A stretch of 54,038 nucleotides of DNA from Candidatus Fibrimonadales bacterium. Lineage in GTDB: Bacteria > Fibrobacterota > Fibrobacteria > Fibrobacterales > Fibrobacteraceae. The notes beneath the pieces are model-generated. The model was not told the DNA's origin, made no database searches, and saw only the letters and a list, made by a program, of their open reading frames with translations. Below, piece after piece: positions 9,407 through 20,000 of the stretch. The stretch is taken from NCBI GenBank assembly GCA_009787645.1, contig WQSZ01000001.1:7145-61182 (forward strand). Direction: 5' to 3'. The translations under genes were made by a program, and so were the position numbers. Within the stretch, counting starts at the first letter, position 1; the number at the start of each line of letters is the position of its first letter.

Positions 9407-10509
9407 ATCACAAATTTCCCATCGGCAAACAGATGAATTCCATTTTCTACGAGTTCAATGTGCACTGTTTCCCCCAGTTCGTAATTCTCGCTGAGCGGGA
9501 CTTCAACAGCTAGAGTTTGATGTTCGTGCGAAACATACAGGATTGACTGCGAACCCACGTATTCCTGCATTTCTACGATCATGGGAATAGTGTTTGGCTT
9601 TTCCGGAACTATTTTCAGATTTTCCGCTCTGATGCCTATTTTTGCTTTTGAATAAGAGCCTATTATTTTTTTGAATACCTGCGGAACTTTTATGGAACAA
9701 TCGGCGTTTATCAAATTCAAAATGCGTTCGTTGTTCTCTTCTTCGGTTTCAAATTCAAGGAAGTTCATCTCGGGGTAGCTTATAAAGCGAGCTACGGTTT
9801 CGTTTACAGGTCTGTTGTAGAGATCGTGGTTTGTGCCTATTTGATGAATTTCTCCGTCTATCATGCAAACTATGCGATCGCCCAAAGTCATAGCTTCGGA
9901 CGGGTTGCGGGTGGCATATATCACGGTTGCTTGGTGGTTTATGCAAAAACGCCTTATTGTTGATTGTATCTTTACTTTCAATTGCGAATCGAGCTCGGAA
10001 AGCGGTTCATCGAAAATTAAAACCTGCGGTCGTTTTACAAAGGCTCGAGCTATGGCTACGAGTTGCTTTTGCGAACCGGAGAGGTTTCTAGGTTTTGTGT
10101 CCATTATGCCTGTTATGCCGAGCAAATCTGCAATTTCAGATGTTCTCGCATTTATGTTTTCTCTGGACAGGTTTACCATTTTAAGCCCGAACTCAAGATT
10201 TTGCCGCACTGTGAGGTGAGGGTAGAGAGCCTGGGATTGAAACACCATCGCTATTTTATCGTAATTGGGAGAGAATTCGTTTAACGGTTTCCCGTCAAAA
10301 AGCACGGAGCCGGCACTGAGTTCGCTTAATCCTGCGATTATTCTCAATATGAGAGTTTTTCCGTTGTTTACCGGGCCCACCAAAGTGACAAACTCTCCGG
10401 CTTTTATGGTGAGTGATATGCCTTCATCAGAAGATGCAGAGCCGGTGAAGTCTTCTTTTTTCGGCTCTTTGTTAAAGAGCGAAACCTGATTTAGCGATAT
10501 CTCTACCAT
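9403..10509 (-). CDS. ABC transporter ATP-binding protein (MalK/UgpC-like) with divergent motifs
   Basis: 368 aa. Walker A GPVNNGKT, signature LSGSQ, Walker B LIFDEPLSELD. The H-loop position reads ATRNPSEA instead of the usual VTHDxxEA. A MalK-type C-terminal regulatory domain is present. Confidence 0.8.
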   Translation of the reverse strand: MVEISLNQVSLFNKEPKKEDFTGSASSDEGISLTIKAGEFVTLVGPVNNGKTLILRIIAGLSELSAGSVLFDGKPLNEFSPNYDKIAMVFQSQALYPHLTVRQNLEFGLKMVNLSRENINARTSEIADLLGITGIMDTKPRNLSGSQKQLVAIARAFVKRPQVLIFDEPLSELDSQLKVKIQSTIRRFCINHQATVIYATRNPSEAMTLGDRIVCMIDGEIHQIGTNHDLYNRPVNETVARFISYPEMNFLEFETEEENNERILNLINADCSIKVPQVFKKIIGSYSKAKIGIRAENLKIVPEKPNTIPMIVEMQEYVGSQSILYVSHEHQTLAVEVPLSENYELGETVHIELVENGIHLFADGKFVI

Positions 10510-10514
10510 AGTGC

Positions 10515-10973
10515 TTAAATTTGCTCCTGATTTTCCATTTGACTTAGGCTCGGCGGGCCTTCCGAATCAAATAATTTGCGTAGCGGTTCAAAATATACCT
10601 CATTTTGTTCATTTTCTCTGTTTAGCTTTGGGTAATTGAGTGCCACAAGCATTACATCCGGATTATTGTTCGCCATTTTCACAAACTCGCTGGTAGAGAC
10701 ATGTTCTTCCATTAAGTCCACAACATAAGTATCCCATTCTTCGTTTTCGGATAATTCAATGGCTTTTTCTTCGCTGTCTGTTATGCGAATAGTTGCGAGA
10801 GGCAAAAGGTACGCTAGAGATTCCTCTACCATTTGCAAAAGTTCCCTTTCTTGTACCCAAACCAGAATACGACGGGATTTATAATCATAAACGGGCAATG
10901 GTTGAGGTTTGTCCTCTTTGAACTCTTCTTCATAATCATCCAAAAGATCTTCGTCTTCTTCTAATTTTACCAT
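10515..10973 (-). CDS. Hypothetical acidic protein, first gene of the ABC operon
   Basis: I prefer the start at ATG 10973 (MVKLEEDEDLLDDYEE...). The track start at 11096 would overlap the divergent dnaB. No family recognised. Confidence 0.4.
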   Translation of the reverse strand: MVKLEEDEDLLDDYEEEFKEDKPQPLPVYDYKSRRILVWVQERELLQMVEESLAYLLPLATIRITDSEEKAIELSENEEWDTYVVDLMEEHVSTSEFVKMANNNPDVMLVALNYPKLNRENEQNEVYFEPLRKLFDSEGPPSLSQMENQEQI

Positions 10974-11014
10974 GTTTGTAATATAGAAAATATTTTTTCT
11001 ACATTTCTCCTTAA

Positions 11015-12424
11015 ATGTCCGATTATCATGTAAATAGTGACCCTCAGTCGGTAGATGCCGAAGTGTGGCTTTTGGGGGCAATTTTCCGCGATCCAAGGGT
11101 TTTGGACGAAATTGCGCCTATTTTGAAGAATGGAGCGGAATTTTACAACGGAAAGAACCAGGCTGTGTGGGATTCGATGATTGCCCTTAACAAGAATGGC
11201 GATCCCATAGATATATTGACCGTATGCAATATGCTGGAAAAAAAAGGCAAACTGGCAGAGGTAGGTGGCAAGGATTACATATTTTCGGTCAGTGAGTCTG
11301 TTCCCAGCGCAGCAAGCGTAGAGTATTATGCGGAGATGATTCGTGGGGCTTATGTTCTGCGCAGTTTGAGGAATGTTTCCAATGACATTATAAAGGAGGC
11401 TATGGCTCCGGCTGCTATTCCCAGAGATGTTTTGCAATCTGCGGAAAAGCGTATTTTTGAGCTGGCTACCGATCAGGTAAAGGAAAATGCGCTGCAGGCA
11501 GGGGAAGTTGCGCATGATGTTATGCACATGCTCTTAACGCAGAAGCATGGCGATCTGTCCGGTTGCCCCACCGGTTTTACGGAACTCAATACTTTGACAA
11601 ACGGCTTGCAAAATTCTGATTTGATAATTTTAGCGGCCAGACCTTCCATGGGAAAAACGGCTCTTGCTATCAACATTGCCACAAATGCGGCCATGGAAGG
11701 GAAAACCGTGCTGTTTTTTAGCCTTGAAATGCCTGCGCAATTGATTGTAGAGAGGGTGTTGAGTTCAATAGCAGGGGTTAATCTGAGCGATTTGCGAAAA
11801 GGCAAGGTGTATTCCGATGTTCAAAAGACTTTGTTTGCGAAGGTAGAGGATTTGAAAGAAAAGCCGTTTTACATAGACGATACAATTGACATGCAGGCTT
11901 TTGATTTGCTATCAAAGTGCAGAGTGTTCAAGAGAAAGCACAACAACAAACTTGACTTGGTAGTGGTGGATTATCTGCAACTGATGAAGATAAGAGGGGA
12001 TGTTGAGCGCAGAGATATAGGCGTTGCGGAGAACTCTCTTATGCTGAAGAAACTCGCAAAGGAGCTTCAAATTCCGGTTGTTGCTCTTGCCCAGTTAAAC
12101 CGAAATGTGGAAAATCGTACCGTTTCCGGCGGGCGTCCGCAACTCTCGGATTTGCGAGATTCGGGTTCCATAGAGCAGGATGCCGATATGGTTTGGTTTA
12201 TACATCGCCCCATAGTAGAAGAGCGAAAAAAGAAAAAAGGCGAAGATTGGAATCCGACCATAGAGGCTCAGCGTCAGGCATTTTTGATAATTGCAAAGAA
12301 CAGAAACGGGCCTACTGCGGAAATTGAACTTGAGTTCCATGGTGAAATTACTACATTTAAAGATCACCTGCGGACTTCTATTGAACCTCCACCGGATAGC
12401 AGTTTTAGCAACGCTTATGCTTGA
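11015..12424 (+). CDS. dnaB: Replicative DNA helicase DnaB
   Basis: 469 aa. N-terminal DPQSVDAEVWLLGAIFRD, Walker A ARPSMGKTALAIN, and LAKELQIPVVALAQLNR. The length is normal, so there is no intein. Confidence 0.95.
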   Translation: MSDYHVNSDPQSVDAEVWLLGAIFRDPRVLDEIAPILKNGAEFYNGKNQAVWDSMIALNKNGDPIDILTVCNMLEKKGKLAEVGGKDYIFSVSESVPSAASVEYYAEMIRGAYVLRSLRNVSNDIIKEAMAPAAIPRDVLQSAEKRIFELATDQVKENALQAGEVAHDVMHMLLTQKHGDLSGCPTGFTELNTLTNGLQNSDLIILAARPSMGKTALAINIATNAAMEGKTVLFFSLEMPAQLIVERVLSSIAGVNLSDLRKGKVYSDVQKTLFAKVEDLKEKPFYIDDTIDMQAFDLLSKCRVFKRKHNNKLDLVVVDYLQLMKIRGDVERRDIGVAENSLMLKKLAKELQIPVVALAQLNRNVENRTVSGGRPQLSDLRDSGSIEQDADMVWFIHRPIVEERKKKKGEDWNPTIEAQRQAFLIIAKNRNGPTAEIELEFHGEITTFKDHLRTSIEPPPDSSFSNAYA

Positions 12425-12433
12425 GGCAATTGT

Positions 12434-13216
12434 ATGGAATTGATATTATCACCGATACGCGCCATTGGCCAAACCATTGTTGATGGCATTACTGCTATTG
12501 GCGAAGTGATAGTTCTTTTTTTATCTACGTTAAAAAGGCTTCCTTTTTTGCCCAAGGTTATGAATTTAACCGTAAAGCAGATGATTTCCATTGGAGTTTC
12601 CAGTTTGCCGCTTTTGTTTGTAACTTCTATTTTCACAGGAATGGTTGCAACGGTGCAGGCGCAGTATCAGTTCAGAAATCTTGTTCCGGACAAGTTTGTA
12701 GGTACAGCCGCATGCAAAATGATTTTGATCGAGCTCGGGCCCATTTTAACTGCATTGGTGATGGCGGGCAGGGTAGGGAGTGCTCTTGCCGCAGAAATAG
12801 GCACTATGAAGGAAAAGGAGGAGTTAGCGGCTTACGAGGTGTTAGGTCTTGATCCTTTGCGTTATTTGGCATTGCCGAGATTTGTTGCATTTTTTGTGAT
12901 GTTGCCGGCTCTTAGCGTTATTTCGAATGGCCTTGCGTTGATAGGCGGTTGGATTGTGTGCGTTCTCGCATTAGACATAACAAGCTACACTTATTACACC
13001 GGCATGCAATACATGTTTGACAGCAGAGATTTGTACGCCGGCGTGCTGAAATCCTTTGTGTTCGGAACGCTGATTTTCCTTCTGGGTTATCACTGCGGCT
13101 TAAAGGCCGGTTCAGGCGCAAAAGGCGTAGGCTTTGCCACGATGAACGTGGTTGTTGCATCGTGCGTGTCAATTCTGATTTTCGATTTGATTGTCGCCAT
13201 GCTGATATTTAATTGA
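12434..13216 (+). CDS. mlaE: MlaE/YrbE family ABC permease
   Basis: 260 aa, multi-TM, with the conserved ELGPILTALVMAGRVGSALAAEIGTMK motif. Confidence 0.85.
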   Translation: MELILSPIRAIGQTIVDGITAIGEVIVLFLSTLKRLPFLPKVMNLTVKQMISIGVSSLPLLFVTSIFTGMVATVQAQYQFRNLVPDKFVGTAACKMILIELGPILTALVMAGRVGSALAAEIGTMKEKEELAAYEVLGLDPLRYLALPRFVAFFVMLPALSVISNGLALIGGWIVCVLALDITSYTYYTGMQYMFDSRDLYAGVLKSFVFGTLIFLLGYHCGLKAGSGAKGVGFATMNVVVASCVSILIFDLIVAMLIFN

Positions 13217-13233
13217 GTTTACAACAAAGCTTT

Positions 13234-13671
13234 TTAGACCGGATTTACTTCAAATTTCAGTTCTTTAGCTATGGCAAGCATGTTTTTATCGAAGGAGCAG
13301 AAAATAATGTTTTGTTCCTTGCTGTTTTCCTTAAAATAAAGAGCTGTAGCTATGTGAATCGCATCCAAACTTTTGCAACTATCAAGTTCTTTGTTTTGTA
13401 CTACGATTCGCTCAATAGAGCTATCCATAGGCTTGCAGTGAACTTCTTTAAGCAAAATGTTAAGTTCATTCATTTTTTGAGGCAGCCAAGAATCATCGTA
13501 TTTATGTTCGGAAATTTTATAAGTTCTGCGTAAAGATATATTAGTTTCTATTCTAAGCAAAAAAGAACTCAGCCAGAAGTCAGATGTTTCCCACATATAG
13601 CGAGCTGCATCATAGCGCTCTTCGTTGAACAATATTGCAAGCAGAACGGAGGAATCAAAATAGGCGATCAT
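13234..13671 (-). CDS. vapC: PIN-domain toxin (VapC-like)
   Basis: 145 aa. Has MIAYFDSSVLLAIL.., LDAIHIATAL and FCSFDKNM, the pattern of acidic PIN residues. Confidence 0.8.
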   Translation of the reverse strand: MIAYFDSSVLLAILFNEERYDAARYMWETSDFWLSSFLLRIETNISLRRTYKISEHKYDDSWLPQKMNELNILLKEVHCKPMDSSIERIVVQNKELDSCKSLDAIHIATALYFKENSKEQNIIFCSFDKNMLAIAKELKFEVNPV

Positions 13672-13674
13672 AAA

Positions 13675-13902
13675 TTAAAATCTGTCAGCCCTGACTTCAT
13701 TGTAAATAGGCCAAAAATCTATGGTTTCTTTTGGTTTGTCTGGGAATTTGAATTTTCCGTTGCCTATTGCCAAAATCATTCTGCCAGCGGCAGCTTCCTC
13801 TGCCAGCCAATCTTGAAAAGTCTGCCGTTCTTCAACCTCCACCCTTTGGATAGAGGTTCTCCGAGTTTTTGTTTGCGTTTTTTCAACAGCCACAGTTTGC
13901 AT
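13675..13902 (-). CDS. Type II antitoxin partner of the PIN toxin
   Basis: Small ORF 3 nt upstream of vapC. The start is taken at ATG 13902 (MQTVAVEK...), which is preceded by GGAG. The track start at 13962 adds an unlikely hydrophobic leader. Confidence 0.5.
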   Translation of the reverse strand: MQTVAVEKTQTKTRRTSIQRVEVEERQTFQDWLAEEAAAGRMILAIGNGKFKFPDKPKETIDFWPIYNEVRADRF

Positions 13903-14044
13903 AGAGGCTCCATTATGGATTGTCACAAGCATAATATAGAAAAATATTAAATTGCGAATCAAAGTTTACAAACCCTTTACGAAAAAATTACACTCAGAAC
14001 TTTCTGCTTTTAACTCTTCGCCAAATTTCTAATTTCACAGCACA

Positions 14045-17000
14045 ATGTTTCGACTTGCAATAGTGGCAGCTTTTCTGCTGTTGGCCGGTTTGTGCTTTGC
14101 GCAGCCCGGTGATTCCGCTATGCAAAGCCCGGTGCAATATATTCCGCTGCCGCCGCAGGCGGAGCCGCTTAAAGGGTTGCTGCCGCAAAAGGGAATCTCG
14201 GACGGCATGCCGCTTAAAGCCTCCAGACCTTCGGTTGTATATGAACACGGAATAGATTTTGAAAGCAGATCAAGCGTTGTGAAAGCCAGAATTGCAAACA
14301 GCATGAACAAAGATACTTTGCAGCTTTGGAATGCCTATTACCCGGAGCTTGCGGATTATTCCATGGAAATGTTCGACGTTGGGCTTAACAGGCTTTGGCT
14401 GAATTCCCTTATCGGGCAACGAAACGGCGGCTTTGATGATCCGGCAGAAGGTTCCATCTACAACATATCCATTCCCATGAAATTGCCGGCATGGATGAAA
14501 GATTTCGGTTTTGACAGGCCACAGCTTCTATTGCAAGGTACAATGGATATTCGCCTTCATGGCATAGGGGTTTTGGATGACGCTCCCGGAAGCGTGGACA
14601 ACAGTTTATGGCCTTCGCCAACGCTTTCTTATGTTCCGAGTTTTATTGTGCAGGGAAAAATAGGCAGAAACATAACCGTTGAGTTGAACAATACCGAAGG
14701 CGGACTGGGTGTGAGAAACAGGGTGCGCATAGTTTACGCAGAAGCGACACCTGGTGAGTTTGAAGATTATATTTTGCAAAGGCTGGAGGCCGGAAACACT
14801 TCTCTGAGTCTGGCCGGTACAGAGCTTACAGGCTATGCGGAGCAGCATCAGGGACTGTTTGGAATAAAAGCGGATTGGAAGTTTGGAAATTGGCGATTAA
14901 CCACAATTGCCTCGCAAGATGCCGGCAGCCAGGAGAGCTACTCCATAAGGGGCAAAAACGAAAGTACGGAATTTCAAATACAGGACAAGCAATTCACCGA
15001 CCACAAATATTACTTTTTAACGCATAGCATGCGCAATGCCTACATAAATGCAAGGGTAAACGGCAATCTGCCGCCGCGATGGAACTTAACAGGATTAAAA
15101 ATTTACAAAGCGAGCCCGTTAAACAATAAAACCACGACAATCAGCAATGCTATAGGAGTTTATTTGCCTCCCGGGAGCAGCAACCCTGTGGAAATCGGTG
15201 GATTGCCATTGGTGGAAATGCAGAGCGGAACGGATTATGTTTTTGATGCGAATACCGGAATTCTGCGGCTCAAAAACGGTTCTGCCGGTATGTTGATTGC
15301 GGCTTCCTGGAGCGGCGACGGCACGGGAAGAACAAACTCTACTATTACACATGGAGACAGAGTTGTTCTGATTCAATTCAATGGCTCTACGGATAATTTA
15401 AGGGATATTGACAAATTGATGCTTAGAAATACTTATAACGTGGGTGTATCTTCGGAAAATTCGAGCAATTTTATTTTGAGAATGAAAGACAGGTCCAGAA
15501 ATGCTGTTGATTTTTTGAGAACATTGGGAGTTGCAGACAGTGCAACAGGAGTTATTCTGACTAACGATGTTTCGATTTTTTTGAAAGAGGGCAATGAATA
15601 TACCGGCGATATGCGCTTGCCTTGCCGTGAGAGAAGATGGTATGAGCGAAACGGTTTTCCCAATTCTGCTGATGCTGAAAGAGCGGCCAGAGAACGCTGT
15701 TTGGAGCCTTTTAGAAATGTGGATTCCTCTGCGGCAATGGCTGCGCTTTATAACATGTCTGTGAACAATGTCAGGAGCCTTTACCAGTTTCGCTATTATT
15801 TTGAAGCCGTTGGAAAACGCAGGCGATCCAATATAAGCGTTAGGGACCCTAGCAGCAGTTATTCGGTTAGCGGCGGCGGTTGTTTGGATATCGCTCCGAA
15901 TTCGGAAAAGCTGAAAGCCGGCTCTGAGGTGTTGGTAAGAGATGTTGATTATCAGGTGAATTACGAGCTTGGGCAAATAGAATTGATAAGCGAACGTGCT
16001 TTGGATCCTAATAAAGAGATAACGGTTAACTTTGAGTGCGAACCTCTTTTTGAGCTTGATAGCAAATTGCTTTTGGGTGCCAGAGCGGAATATCCGCTTA
16101 AAAGATTTTCAGACGGTTCAATTTTCGGTTTAACCGCGCTTTACAAGAATCAAAGCGTTACCACCGAGAATCCAAGGCTTGGCGGCGAGCCTTTTTCCGG
16201 GCTTTTGCTGGGAACAAATGTGCGCTTAAGGGATACTTCCGAAACTATGGGTAAAATGATAAATGCCGTGCCTTTTATAGATACCAAAGAAAAATCCAGG
16301 TGGAGTTTTGAAGGCGAATTTGCCGCAAGTTACCATAACACAAATACGAGCAACAGAAAATCTGCGTTGATAGATGATTTTGAGGGTAGTGCTTTGAATT
16401 TGCAATATCCGCTTTACCGGCTTATGTGGTTTAAGGCGAGCCCTCCCGGCGGTATAGAAAGCGACAGGGGAACATACATTGAGCATCAGGATTACAGGCA
16501 TGCCGGAGAATTTGTTTGGCACAGCAATACAACCATGCGATATCGCCAAATTTATACGCCTATAGGCAATAGCGATGTGGACAGCAGAGAAATCTCTATT
16601 TTGAGTTTTCGCTTGCGGCCAAATGATAATTTGAGCGGAAAGAGCTGGGGCGGAGTGATGCGGCCAAACGGTGTTTATTATCAGGATTTATCGCAAAAGA
16701 GATATATAGAGATTGTGGTCAGAGGAAATGTGGGTTCTCTATATGTTGATTTGGGGTCTGTTAGCGAAGATATAAGCGTAAATGGTTTTGAGCCCAATAG
16801 CATGTTGGACTCCGAAGCGGATCCCGGTACCACAATGCCGCTCAACGATATGGGTCTCGGGAATTCCGCAAATGTTGACGGACAATTGCAGGTTTGGGAT
16901 TGCCGTTACTCGGAGTGTCGTTCAACGATTATAGACAGGACAAATGACAGGTTTAATCCGAATTTACTCGATTTAAGCGACCCTCCTCCTCAGATAAACG

Positions 17001-20000
17001 AAACAAAAGGCAATGCCGGCGAAAGGTCTTTTGATACTGAAGATATAAATCGCAACGGACGCTTGGATACGGAAATTCGTTTTGCGCGCTACAGAGTGGA
17101 CTTGTCGGAGATGGATGAGACCAAGTTTGAAAAACTGCAAAACGGGTGGCGCAGATTTCGCATTCCTTTAGACCAGCCAGATACTATAGTTTCCGGCACA
17201 GGAACTCCTTTGAGCAATATTTTGTCTGAAGCCATATTCACAAGGCTTTGGTATGGAAATTTGGGGCCCGGCGTTGCTGAGGGCAGAACTCAGATAGCAG
17301 ATTTGAAAATTGTTGGAAATGAATGGTTGGAGAATTCCGGTAACAATGAATTCGGCATTGTTTCAAATCCGGTTACGCAAAATGTTACCGGCGGAGTAAA
17401 TGGGGATATTTATGCACCGGGTTCTGTGATTGAACATGATAGCAGTTATATGAAGGTTCGAGTGATCAATAATCGTGACAATGCGGGATTCTATTTCACA
17501 TCTCCCAATACTCCCAGAGAAAGAGATTCGGAAACAAATGCCATTTTAAAGGAGCAGAGCCTGTTGCTGGAATACGGCGGGTTGCATCCCGGCCAAGCGG
17601 TTAGCGCAACCAGATTTTTTGACAATGAGGTTAAGGATTTTACCTCTTATAACACTATTAATTTGGAAGTGCACTATGAAACAAAAGCCGACACAACTCC
17701 GATTAGATTCGCATTGCAGTTCGGTCGCGGCGGATTGGACGGCAGCCAGGATTATTATGAATGGTCTTTTAAGCCGGTTAAAATTGAGTGCGATCTTTCC
17801 AAAGAAAGGGTTCAGGATTGTCACGAAAAAAACTGGAAAGCAAATGCATTTTCTCTGCCGCTTGCGGAATTTTCAAACTTGAAAAATTTGCGTGGCCCAC
17901 CTCCGTTTTTAAAACCTGCAGAGAGATTTTTGAGCGGAAACAGGCAAGAAAAGATAAAGATAGTTGGTGATCCGTCTAACAGCAATGTCAACTGGATTCG
18001 CTTTGTTGTTATAGCGGATGAAGGTACGGTATCGGAAGATTTGGAAGGAACTTTTTGGATAAATGATTTGCGTCTTACCGGCGTAAACAATGAATGGGGT
18101 TTTGCCACGAGATTGCACGGTCAGCTTGATTTTGCGGATGTATTTTCTGTTTCCGGTGAATTGCGCTATCAAGACGGAAATTTTGCGACTCTCAAAAGCG
18201 ATGGAAAAAGCCCAAAGCCAACTCTGAGTGAAGCGAATACTAGATTGGATGTAAACGGCGCAGCGAGCTTGAACTTAAATAAATTTTTCAAGGATGAATA
18301 CGGTTTGCGCTTGCCTTTTGGCGTTAGCTACAGCTCCACAACGCTTCGTCCGTATTTAAAACCCGAAGATGACGTAAACCTCAGCCACGATAATGCGTTT
18401 GATATGTTTTCGGATTTGGCCACCGTTAATTTGGAGATTAAGGATACGGCAGAAGAGCGAAGATTGCGGGATTCGTCGATGTCAAAGGGATATCAGAGCT
18501 TTTCTCGCACAAAAACTCTGTCACTTGGATTTCGCAAGGATTACACAAAAGATGATAATATATTTCAGGAGATTTTCAGCCAGATCTTTTTGGAACGTCC
18601 GGCGTTGAATTATTCGTATAGCGAAACCGAGCGGCGTGCTACGAAAATTGCAGACAGCTCTTATCAGTATAACACGGTTTTGGAATATAAACTGGGAACT
18701 TTTGAGAGGAGTCAATTTAAGCTGCTGGGTGTGCCTGTTGAGCTTTGGCCCAGCACCTTTGATTTAACTCTTATGGATTTATCTTACAGCAGAAATGTAA
18801 ATCAGGAACGAGACCCGAACTTCCTGGAACCGCAGGTGGATAAGATTACGAATTTTACAACGGATTTAAGGCATAAGGCTGATGTTAGATGGAATTTTCT
18901 TCCTTTTTTGAGCTTTAACTACACTTTGTCTATTAATCGTGATATGCATGGCGGCGGTGACAGGGAAGCTTTTACCAAAGGTGATTTTTTCAGTACGAAC
19001 GGGGATGGTGGCCTGTTCGCAAAGAATTTCATATTCGATCATGATCATACCGATAGAAGAATTTATTTTTGGGATCATTCCGATTCAATTCCGCTTGACA
19101 CATTGTTCAATGAATTGACCGGAGATACCACCGTTATATGGCAAACGGCTCGCTCGTATGAAATATATGATGTCGGTTCAAGGGAGTATGGAAAAACTTA
19201 TGGCATTTTGCGCAACGAGCGCAATCGCAGGCAGGATTTTAGAGCGAATTTGTCGCTTGACTGGATTCCGTTTATCTCCGAGTTCTTGCCAATGCGTCTT
19301 TCTTTCAACAGTGGCTTTACGCAGAACAAGTCCATTCCGAACAACTTTGATTTTTACGATGAAGACATGCTTTCCAAAAATTTCTGGACAATTCAGCAGA
19401 ACAATCGCTTTGAATTTTCTCCGAGCTTGAAATTGCCTCAGCTTGCCGGCATAGCCGGGAAAAATGCGGTTAGCTCGTTTTTTGAAAAATGGAAATGGCG
19501 TGAAGTTCGAGGCACTTGGAGCGTTGATCTGCAAACTAACGGCGAAGACTTTGCTCTGTGGCAATTATACGAGGAGCAGGGTGTGGAGCCGCTTCAATAT
19601 TATCTGTTTGGGCTTGGTTTGGGTGATGGGTATCGCAGCCGCAGTTTTTGGAACTTGGTCAGCGGCAATATGGGTCTGGATTCGCGTGGTGATTATGAGG
19701 GTTTTGCACAATACAGAAACCAAAATACGGATTCTGTTGTATATCAGGGGCGTTTTGACCATGCGGTTCGGCGCAGCTTCACAACTAATACGGCATTGAC
19801 TTTGCCTTTTTGGGACATTGGGGTTAAAGGCGATTTGACCTGGACTCAGACTTTCCGGCAAATGAGGGAAAATCCGCTTTTCATAGATACAACCATAACA
19901 TGGCCAAAGGTTGGAGTGGGAGTTGATATTCCTAATTTCGCAAAGCGCATTGATTTTTTAAATAGCAAATTCCGCAGTTTTTCAACATCGCATCGCTTTG

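Noticed and set aside
10974-11014. Imperfect palindrome tagaaaatattttttcta in the 41-nt divergent interval between the acidic-protein gene and dnaB, considered as a possible operator or DnaA box.
   Set aside because: It does not resemble a DnaA box (TTATCCACA). It is AT-only and short, so it could arise by chance.
10967-11527. 186-aa minus-strand ORF overlapping the dnaB 5' region. The same class includes long antisense ORFs at 15398-15976, 24806-25288, 26507-27013, 35356-35805, 41874-42368, 49017-49499, 50667-51107 and 6728-7261.
   Set aside because: Each lies entirely opposite a confidently identified gene. They have low-complexity or biased composition and no recognisable family. They are typical shadow ORFs.
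11015-12424. Intein or other insertion in DnaB.
   Set aside because: The protein is of canonical length (469 aa) and the helicase motifs are contiguous.
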